Virus record (IMG/VR): IMGVR_UViG_3300011116_001007
DNA length: 64,000 nucleotides
Reading direction: 5' to 3' (one strand)
DNA from: a virus
Lineage: Duplodnaviria > Caudoviricetes
Of this stretch, positions 17,660 to 23,537 are shown in pieces. Made by a program: the position numbers and the translations under genes. Position 1 is the stretch's first letter. Each line of letters opens with the position of its first letter. Under the pieces are notes generated by a model. It saw nothing but the letters and a program-made list of their open reading frames with translations. It ran no database searches and had not been told where the DNA came from.

Positions 17660-18551
17660 GAAAGGACTGAGAATACATCCTCTCCAACAACACCTCGGAC
17701 ATTATTGTACACCTTGCGAGTATACTTTCTTCCGACTTCCACCCGGCCCTATTTCTAGGTATCCTGGTCTGCTGTCAGCATCGCCGTTTAGAGACAGGCA
17801 GTAGTCTTGACGCTGTATGCTATTCTACGCTTTCTATTCCGTTGACCTTGCGAGCCATTCAAGTGCGCTAACACCTTACGAAACTTCCTGCATAAACTAA
17901 TGTCACCTTGCGAGCTTCATTAGACTTGGTTCTCTTGCGAGCCAAGTATTAGATGCTTTTCACATACAACCGAGTCAGTCTTTGCGTTTTAATCGTTAGA
18001 AGGAGTTGAACCTTCAGTCTATTTCTTAAAAGGAAATCGGCCTACCATTAGCCTATAACTGAACCTACTGCGATGTGCTGACTCAGTTGCTGCATACTCT
18101 TTTGGAATACACAATACAACACACCACGTACCTTTTGTCTTGCGAACTACTCAGTCGTCTTTTGCGATCGGTGTGTCCCCGCCTTTCGACAGACCCACTA
18201 ACCACTCAAACTGCATACGAGCCCTTGGGTGCAACCCCTCGGACAAATACGCTACCCTTTCTCATACTAATTAACTGGACTGGTTTAGTTGTGAAGTCAG
18301 CACCACCTGTTACTTTCCATCGACTCAAGTTCCCCTTGCGGGCTTGTAAATCAACGTTCTTTCCACAACATCCAGCGTCATTGTTACAACCACCGGTCTT
18401 ATCAGTGATCGCTACCTCACGGTAGTGAGCAGGCTTGCTTAAACGAACTATCTCTAGCGGAGTTATGTAGGCATACCTCCTTTGGCTGTGTCACCACAGT
18501 TATTCTTCATAAACCAGCAAGCTGGCTTATAGGACGTTAAACCGCCCTTGA
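17656..18551 (-). ncRNA. probable GOLLD large ncRNA
   Basis: ~890-nt non-coding unit from a promoter to ACCA, at least 6 CGCAAG tetraloop hairpins, 3' GGATGTATTCTCAGTCC similar to my recollection of GOLLD ends, tRNA-array context; Rfam not run. Confidence 0.65.
17991..18062 (-). tRNA. tRNA-Lys(TTT)-like, embedded in the large ncRNA
   Basis: D-arm GGCT-AATGGT-AGGCC, loop CTTTTAA, T-arm GAAGG-TTCAACT-CCTTC; bulged acceptor, no CCA. Confidence 0.65.
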
Positions 18552-18557
18552 AATCTT

Positions 18558-18586
18558 ATTGTAGCATCAAAGTTGATCCTTGTCAA
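18558..18586 (-). promoter_or_regulatory. sigma70-type promoter of the large ncRNA
   Basis: TTGACA-N17-TACAAT. Confidence 0.8.
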
Positions 18587-18596
18587 CTTGAGTTTT

Positions 18597-18680
18597 ACCA
18601 TATAGAAACACACTAGCCTGCAGGACTACTAATAGCTCACGGGTACGCCGCTACTACTAGGTAATGTGTTTTTATATGGT
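18597..18680 (-). repeat. ACCATAT-stem element, copy B
   Basis: ACCATATAAAAACACATT..AGTGTGTTTCTATATGGT; starts with the tRNA-Lys ACCA. Confidence 0.8.
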
Positions 18681-18752
18681 AGGACCGCCCGGATTCGAAC
18701 CGGGAACTGGCGGATTAAAAGTCCGCTGTGATAACCATTTCACCACGATCCC
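18677..18752 (-). tRNA. trnK: tRNA-Lys(TTT)
   Basis: Canonical cloverleaf. Confidence 0.96.
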
Positions 18753-18756
18753 ATGT

Positions 18757-18831
18757 TGGTCCCTCTACCGAGATTTGAACTCGGACGTCACGGATTAAGA
18801 GTCCGGCATGCTGCCTTAACATCTTAGAGGG
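18757..18831 (-). tRNA. trnK: tRNA-Lys(CTT)
   Basis: Cloverleaf, loop CTCTTAA. Confidence 0.9.
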
Positions 18832-18925
18832 TTGGTATGTAAAATTGTCTTTCACGTGCCAACCCGGACCTACATGGGATCTGGATTGACACTAGCGTTT
18901 AGCACGTTTCATGTCATGTTTCCTT

Positions 18926-19186
18926 TTAAATGTGTTCTTTGTTGAGTCGAGCTCGAGCCGCAGTAGCAAATTCGCTAAAGTTGCCGCACTTGTCTTCCCA
19001 CCGCAACATACTACGGCAAGTGTAACTGATGTCACGCTTGTTCAAGCATACTGCTTCTTGATTGAGTTCACCGTTGACATACACACGGCAGTGATAGTTG
19101 CCGTCAATATTGCGAACAGTTACTTCGTGATCTACTTCGCCCAGGATACAACGCTGGATGCGAACTAGTTGTTTGTATCGTTCCAT
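18926..19186 (-). CDS. hypothetical protein
   Basis: MERYKQL.. with AAGGAG RBS. Confidence 0.7.
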   Translation of the reverse strand: MERYKQLVRIQRCILGEVDHEVTVRNIDGNYHCRVYVNGELNQEAVCLNKRDISYTCRSMLRWEDKCGNFSEFATAARARLNKEHI

Positions 19187-19205
19187 ACGTTCTCCTTTGA
19201 AAAAT

Positions 19206-19279
19206 TGGTGCCCCACGACAGAATCGAACTGCCATCACAGGATTACAAAACCAGTGTACTGCCATTGTACTAGTAGGGC
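19206..19279 (-). tRNA. trnT: tRNA-Thr(TGT)
   Basis: Cloverleaf; anticodon stem has two U-U mismatches. Confidence 0.8.
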
Positions 19280-19286
19280 GTGATTG

Positions 19287-19451
19287 TTAGGATGTCTTTG
19301 ATCTTTTGTCTATAGCACGTTGAATCTTGGCTCGGTGCTTGGGCCTGGCACTCTCCAACATCTTGGTGAGTTGAGCAACATTCAGCGGTCCCAGTCTGGG
19401 TTTGCCACTGTGATGCTTCATGGGATCGTTGCTTGTGTTAAATGATGACAT
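19287..19451 (-). CDS. small basic protein (54 aa)
   Basis: Hand-translated MSSFNTSNDPMKHHSGKPRLGPLNVAQL..; AGGA RBS. Confidence 0.6.
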   Translation of the reverse strand: MSSFNTSNDPMKHHSGKPRLGPLNVAQLTKMLESARPKHRAKIQRAIDKRSKTS

Positions 19452-19470
19452 TTTGTTTCCTAAATTAAAT

Positions 19471-19546
19471 TGGCTCCTCAGCGTGGGATCGAACCACGGA
19501 CATCTTGATTAACAGTCAAGTGCAACTACCGCTGTGCTACTGAGGA
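19471..19546 (-). tRNA. trnN: tRNA-Asn(GTT)
   Basis: Cloverleaf, G73-CCA. Confidence 0.95.
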
Positions 19547-19553
19547 ATAAACT

Positions 19554-19643
19554 TGGCGGAACGACTGAGACTCGAACTCAGAACCCGGATTACGCCGAGC
19601 GACAGATTAGCAATCTGCTCTAATACCATTATAGGACCGTTCC
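19554..19643 (-). tRNA. trnS: tRNA-Ser(GCT)
   Basis: Class II cloverleaf, G73. Confidence 0.95.
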
Positions 19644-19683
19644 GTGAAAATACTTATGCTGTATCGACAGCATATAAAAAACT

Positions 19684-19757
19684 TGGCGTACCCACTAGGA
19701 CTCGAACCTAGACTGACGGTTTTGGAGACCGCGATGCTGCCATTACACTATGGATAC
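19684..19757 (-). tRNA. trnW: tRNA-Trp(CCA)
   Basis: Cloverleaf, loop CTCCAAA. Confidence 0.95.
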
Positions 19758-19760
19758 ACA

Positions 19761-19835
19761 TGGTGGTTGTGGTTGGCATCGATCCAACCTCCTCGCCTTA
19801 TGAGGGCGGTACGCATCCATCTACGTCACACAACC
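19761..19835 (-). tRNA. trnM: tRNA-Met(CAT), probably elongator
   Basis: Loop CTCATAA; atypical T-loop ATCGATG. Confidence 0.8.
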
Positions 19836-19840
19836 AAAAC

Positions 19841-19917
19841 TGGGGTGTCTGATGGGGATCGAACCCACGCATGTCGGAATCACAACCCGAGGCCTTAACC
19901 ACTTGGCGACAGACACC
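19841..19917 (-). tRNA. trnH: tRNA-His(GTG)
   Basis: Encoded G-1:C73 pair, loop TTGTGAT. Confidence 0.95.
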
Positions 19918-19927
19918 ATATAACAAA

Positions 19928-20004
19928 TGGTACCACCTGAGAGATTCGAACTCCCAACCCCCGGATTCGTAATCCAGTGCTCTATCCAATTGAGCCAAGG
20001 CGGT
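19928..20004 (-). tRNA. trnR: tRNA-Arg(ACG)
   Basis: Cloverleaf, loop TTACGAA. Confidence 0.95.
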
Positions 20005-20053
20005 AAAAAACTGTCCAGGGACGAAGCCGTCAAAGGGCTGTATGGACTTGACT

Positions 20054-20131
20054 TGGAGTAGCGGGTGAGATTTGAACTCACGGTTTTTGGGATTTGCAAT
20101 CCCATGCATTGGGCCACTCTGCCACCGCTAC
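20054..20131 (-). tRNA. trnC: tRNA-Cys(GCA)
   Basis: Cloverleaf, U73-CCA. Confidence 0.95.
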
Positions 20132-20138
20132 ATGTTGT

Positions 20139-20214
20139 TGGTGCAACCTGTAGGAATCGAACCTACTTCAACGGCTCTTCAGGCCGCCGCTATGACCACA
20201 TCAGCTAAAGTTGC
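20139..20214 (-). tRNA. trnF: tRNA-Phe(GAA)
   Basis: Cloverleaf, loop CTGAAGA. Confidence 0.95.
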
Positions 20215-20215
20215 T

Positions 20216-20289
20216 TGGCAGGGACACTAGGGATCGAACCTAGGCTAACAGAGTCAAAGTCTGTTGTGCTACCATTACACAATGTCCCA
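20216..20289 (-). tRNA. trnQ: tRNA-Gln(TTG)
   Basis: Cloverleaf, weak 1:72 pair, G73. Confidence 0.95.
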
Positions 20290-20296
20290 ACAAAAC

Positions 20297-20372
20297 TGGT
20301 GGAGGATAACGGATTCGAACCGTTTGCTCCTGGTTGCAAACCAGGTGTGTTAGCCAAGTATACCAATCCCCC
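20297..20372 (-). tRNA. trnA: tRNA-Ala(TGC)
   Basis: G3:U70 identity pair. Confidence 0.95.
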
Positions 20373-20476
20373 GAAAAAAACACAACATAGACGCTCTGCT
20401 ACTGGGCAGACTAGGATTACGCCTTCTATGTTGTTTTGTATAGAGGTGCCGTAATCGAAGCTCTCTATACAATAAC

Positions 20477-20560
20477 TGGTGGAGACAGATGGATTCGAAC
20501 CACCGCGCTATTAAGAACAGATTTACAGTCTGTCGCAATCGACCACTCTGCCATGTCTCC
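20477..20560 (-). tRNA. trnY: tRNA-Tyr(GTA)
   Basis: Class II cloverleaf. Confidence 0.95.
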
Positions 20561-20785
20561 AAAATTGTTACACACTCTTGCGAATGTGTGTATTAAAACA
20601 GACTGTATGCTGTGGGAATAACATTTCTGTCAAGCGACCAGCAACGGATACGCAATCTGTTTTAATACGCTCGGATTTTTTTATGTACAAGAACATAAGC
20701 CATCCCCGAGGCCGCCCGTTTGCCCATGTTTTAAGTGCAGGCTAGGTCCACGTTACCTATTCACACTATTCAACTCTACAAAATG

Positions 20786-20814
20786 AAAAACCCCGGAGTT
20801 TTTAGTTCCGGGGT
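20786..20814 (-). terminator. intrinsic terminator (attenuator 1)
   Basis: ACCCCGGA-loop-TCCGGGGT-TTTT. Confidence 0.85.
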
Positions 20815-20839
20815 CCTTTTGGGTATGTCTTGATACTTG

Positions 20840-20965
20840 TTACAGTATATGACTCCTCAAGGACCCGCGGGCTCCTGGAAATGTATTCACGCGACCATAG
20901 CCACGCGCCCAGGTACTTGCCTGATGCATGGGTTTAATCAACAGTGAACAGATTTGCGTTTTCAT
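20840..20965 (-). CDS. putative leaderless leader peptide 1 (41 aa)
   Basis: MKTQICSLLIKPMHQASTWARGYGRVNTFPGARGSLRSHIL; ATG 7 nt after TATAAT. Confidence 0.55.
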   Translation of the reverse strand: MKTQICSLLIKPMHQASTWARGYGRVNTFPGARGSLRSHIL

Positions 20966-20972
20966 AGTATCA

Positions 20973-21001
20973 ATTATACGTTATATATCTTAAGAAGTCA
21001 A
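20973..21001 (-). promoter_or_regulatory. sigma70-type promoter of leader 1 / tRNA array
   Basis: TTGACT-N17-TATAAT. Confidence 0.85.
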
Positions 21002-21046
21002 CCTCTTAAAATATCTTGTGTTGTATTTATACAACACAGGTTAAAA

Positions 21047-21125
21047 TGGATGCGGAGGATGGATTTGAACCACCGATCTGAAGCTTATGAGACTTCCGGG
21101 GACGACCGAACTCCCCCACTCCGCT
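21047..21125 (-). tRNA. trnfM: tRNA-Met(CAT), initiator-like
   Basis: 1:72 mismatch, loop CTCATAA; lacks the three anticodon-stem G-C pairs. Confidence 0.75.
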
Positions 21126-21139
21126 GCATGTATTTATCT

Positions 21140-21168
21140 AGTATAACACCATTGTTTTTAGTGGTCAA
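21140..21168 (-). promoter_or_regulatory. sigma70-type promoter
   Basis: TTGACC-N17-TATACT. Confidence 0.75.
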
Positions 21169-21184
21169 CTGATTTTGGTAAAAT

Positions 21185-21276
21185 TGGCGGAAGACGGAGG
21201 AGTCGAACCCCATCCCTGTTAAGAGAACCTGGTTTTCAAGGCCAGTCGCAGGACCATCCCCGCTGCATCATCTTCC
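21185..21276 (-). tRNA. trnS: tRNA-Ser(TGA)
   Basis: Class II cloverleaf, G73. Confidence 0.92.
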
Positions 21277-21281
21277 TGAAT

Positions 21282-21366
21282 TGGTACGAGTGGCCGGACT
21301 CGAACCGGCACGCCATTACGACCTCAGATTTTAAGTCTGATGCGGCTACCATTACGCCACACTCGC
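21282..21366 (-). tRNA. trnL: tRNA-Leu(TAA)
   Basis: Class II cloverleaf. Confidence 0.95.
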
Positions 21367-21375
21367 TTTTTTGAT

Positions 21376-21451
21376 TGGTGCCCCAGGGGAGACTCGAACT
21401 CCCAGAATTTGGTTTCTAAGACCAACATGGCTACCGTTACATCACCGGGGC
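21376..21451 (-). tRNA. trnL: tRNA-Leu(TAG), short variable loop
   Basis: Loop CTTAGAA, 5-nt variable loop. Confidence 0.85.
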
Positions 21452-21456
21452 TGATA

Positions 21457-21679
21457 TTGAATTTGCAAGTAGTAGCACCACACTATTGCTACCATTCCCC
21501 CGAATTAACAAGCTCGAGCGGGGTTCGGTACGTCACTTGGGATACAGGTCCAGTACAGTCTCCGTTGCAGACCTCCGCAGTTGCCCGCGGGTGGGAGTTG
21601 AACCCATTAACCTTCTACTATAAAGTACCTTCGAAGAATACAGTATAGCGTGACTTTCTCTTGCTGACACTTACAAAAC
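21457..21679 (-). ncRNA. T-loop-containing RNA, copy 1
   Basis: Ordered conserved blocks shared with 22495-22680 and a terminal stem. Confidence 0.7.
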
Positions 21680-21772
21680 TGGGCCTCTGAGAGTGGAATT
21701 GAACCACCAAGGTTTTTGGAACCTTTTTGACCTACTAGTAAGGACGACTTTACCGATTCGTCTACTCAGAGA
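21680..21772 (-). tRNA. atypical class II tRNA with possible CTA (amber) anticodon
   Basis: 8-bp acceptor, D-arm GAC-GAATCGGTAAA-GTC, loop TACTAGT, long variable arm, T-loop TTCAATT, CCA. Confidence 0.55.
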
Positions 21773-21777
21773 TAACT

Positions 21778-21850
21778 TGGTGTGTGGGGGTGGGTTCGCT
21801 CACCCTTTCACTGACATACATCAGCACCGTCACTAATCCGGCTCTCACAC
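21778..21850 (-). pseudogene. degenerate tRNA-like element
   Basis: Acceptor GTGTGAG/CCCACAC + ACCA; abnormal anticodon and T loops. Confidence 0.5.
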
Positions 21851-21855
21851 ATAAA

Positions 21856-21890
21856 AGGTGGATAACAGATGCCGTAGCATCCGCTTCTCC
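21856..21890 (-). ncRNA. minihelix RNA, copy a
   Basis: GGAGAAGCGGATGC-TACG-GCATCTGTTATCC-ACC. Confidence 0.6.
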
Positions 21891-21896
21891 ATAACT

Positions 21897-21971
21897 TGGC
21901 GGTCTCAAGGGGTAACGATCCCCTTCTTCAACAGTGACAGTGTTGTGTGCGTCCATGAACACTTTGAGACC
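21897..21971 (-). tRNA. trnD: tRNA-Asp(GTC)
   Basis: Cloverleaf, G73; T-loop ATCGTTA. Confidence 0.9.
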
Positions 21972-22165
21972 AAATAAGGACAAGCTACTGGTTTCCACAC
22001 CAGCCCTTGATTGAGCGGTTACTCTGTCCATCTTTTTTATCTGGTATCTGTGTGCAGAAAGATAACTGCCTATCAGATTCAGGATTGCTCCGCTAACGGT
22101 CTTCTGCCACCGGACCTCTATCGCTAGTCAAACGCTACTTTAACGAAAGTAGTAACGGGATTCTT

Positions 22166-22280
22166 ACCATATAGGAACACACTACGTATCTTAGTCACGT
22201 GTAGTTTTGGAGGGCTACACTACAGACCCAAATAGTTAGACCGCGAATCTAACCCAACCTGGAGTATGTTCTTATATGGC
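22166..22280 (-). repeat. ACCATAT-stem element, copy C
   Basis: GCCATATAAGAACATACT..AGTGTGTTCCTATATGGT. Confidence 0.8.
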
Positions 22281-22353
22281 AAACTCATTGCGGACAGGAT
22301 TCGAACCTGCATCACCCACTAAGGGCATCCTAACCACTAGAAGACCGCGAGTT
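22277..22353 (-). pseudogene. tRNA-like element with truncated anticodon arm
   Basis: Intact D (AGTGGTTAGGA) and T (GCAGG-TTCGAAT-CCTGT) arms; anticodon arm reduced to CCC-TTAGT-GGG; bulged acceptor; GCCA end. Confidence 0.6.
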
Positions 22354-22401
22354 CCTGAGGGCAATTACTCCCCAGCACGGATGCTACCTGCAGATAACAT
22401 T

Positions 22402-22484
22402 ACCATATAGGAACACACTTTAGTAAGCCCTACGCATCCGACAAAGTTGTCACGCATCCAAAGCAAAATGTGTTTTTATATAAT
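22402..22484 (-). repeat. ACCATAT-stem element, copy D
   Basis: ATTATATAAAAACACATT..AGTGTGTTCCTATATGGT. Confidence 0.75.
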
Positions 22485-22494
22485 ACCATATAAA

Positions 22495-22680
22495 TTGAAT
22501 TTGTAAGTAGCAGCACCTCACTCATTGCTACCATTCTACCTGTATTTTCTGTGAAGCCGCGGACAGGATAGAGGTACGTAGTAATAGTAGCTACTTAGCA
22601 GTTGCCATGTTGCCGGACTCGAACCGTTGCCTCATAAGGTTTTCGACGCCTTACTTTCACTACATCTACACTTACAAAAC
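22495..22680 (-). ncRNA. T-loop-containing RNA, copy 2
   Basis: Paralog of 21457-21679. Confidence 0.7.
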
Positions 22681-22681
22681 T

Positions 22682-22716
22682 TGGTGGATAACAGATGCCG
22701 CAGCACCCGCTTCTCC
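22682..22716 (-). ncRNA. minihelix RNA, copy b
   Basis: GGAGAAGCGGGTGC-TGCG-GCATCTGTTATCC-ACCA. Confidence 0.6.
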
Positions 22717-22722
22717 ATAACT

Positions 22723-22797
22723 TGGTAGAGCATAGCGGAGTCGAACCGCTCTTAGTGGACTGAAAACCCACTGTCCTAACCGATAGACGAATGCTCC
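22723..22797 (-). tRNA. trnE: tRNA-Glu(TTC)
   Basis: Cloverleaf, loop TTTTCAG. Confidence 0.95.
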
Positions 22798-22804
22798 ATG
22801 ATTC

Positions 22805-23040
22805 ACTATATGAAAACACAATTATACAGGAACTTTGCTGATAAAATCTAATCTAGCTATGATTAGACCAATCGCCGTCATTACTGCCTACCTGTTTCGT
22901 CTTCCTCATCTTCATGGCCTAAGCCACTGATTCAGCATCTTGTAAGTGGAGGAGTAGCCAGCCACGGCGGGGCTCAAACCCATAATCCTATCACTCACCT
23001 AACGATGTAGGTAACCTGTATAATTGTGTTTACATATAGT
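22805..23040 (-). repeat. ACCATAT-stem element, copy E (26-bp stem)
   Basis: ACTATATGTAAACACAATTATACAGG..CCTGTATAATTGTGTTTTCATATAGT around a structured 184-nt cargo. Confidence 0.8.
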
Positions 23041-23136
23041 GCTCAGAACTGAATCTGAGTACACTATACAAAATCAAATTTTTAACGAACTTGCTGCACT
23101 GTGTCGATGCACTGTGCTGCTTTCTAACTAGTCTCT

Positions 23137-23165
23137 AGTATAACACCAAGTGCGATACTGGTCAA
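23137..23165 (-). promoter_or_regulatory. sigma70-type promoter
   Basis: TTGACC-N17-TATACT. Confidence 0.75.
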
Positions 23166-23233
23166 CCGGTTTTGTAAAGCCCTACAATTTGGAAGGACTT
23201 TACAAATCTTGCTGTTTTTCCCTACTTGCCGCT

Positions 23234-23262
23234 ATTGTAGCAGTTGGGCAATTAGTGGTCAA
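23234..23262 (-). promoter_or_regulatory. sigma70-type promoter
   Basis: TTGACC-N17-TACAAT. Confidence 0.75.
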
Positions 23263-23267
23263 CCACC

Positions 23268-23294
23268 AAAAAAAAACCCGCCTAGTTGGCGGGT
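23268..23294 (-). terminator. intrinsic terminator (attenuator 2)
   Basis: ACCCGCC-AACTA-GGCGGGT followed by a long U tract. Confidence 0.9.
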
Positions 23295-23316
23295 CTTTCG
23301 TGAAATTTGTGTAGTA

Positions 23317-23415
23317 TCAAATATCACTAGGCCCGCTGAAGTCATAATCCAGCGCCTCACTCGCATAGTTGAGTGAGGGTATCTCTCGGGACAGTTGGGC
23401 TTGTTGCATAATCAT
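23317..23415 (-). CDS. putative leaderless leader peptide 2 (32 aa)
   Basis: MIMQQAQLSREIPSLNYASEALDYDFSGPSDI; ATG 5 nt after TATAAT. Confidence 0.5.
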   Translation of the reverse strand: MIMQQAQLSREIPSLNYASEALDYDFSGPSDI

Positions 23416-23420
23416 AGTGT

Positions 23421-23449
23421 ATTATATATGCCTATTGACAAAAAAGCAA
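23421..23449 (-). promoter_or_regulatory. sigma70-type promoter of leader 2
   Basis: TTGCTT-N17-TATAAT. Confidence 0.65.
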
Positions 23450-23537
23450 TTGTTTTCGGCAATTTTCATCAGATAATTATTTCTTCGTAATCTTCCCGAC
23501 CACAACCGCATTCTGGGCAAGTGAATGTGTCACGACG

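Noticed and set aside
14692-22720. Theta/HDV-like ribozymes at tRNA 3' trailers
   Set aside because: Could not build the P1/P2/P3/P1.1 nested pseudoknot by hand in any trailer; a descriptor search would be needed to exclude it fully
19644-22819. ORF-track entries in the tRNA island and most plus-strand ORFs elsewhere
   Set aside because: They overlap tRNA genes or lie antisense to well-supported genes, with no RBS or motifs
22860-22960. Hammerhead ribozyme in the cargo of stem copy E (TGAAGATGAG..GAAAC)
   Set aside because: No CUGANGA core correctly joined to stems I-III
17571-23040. MITE/IS explanation for the stem family
   Set aside because: No target-site duplications, unrelated interiors, and G-U-compatible arm changes point to RNA-level selection; not formally excluded
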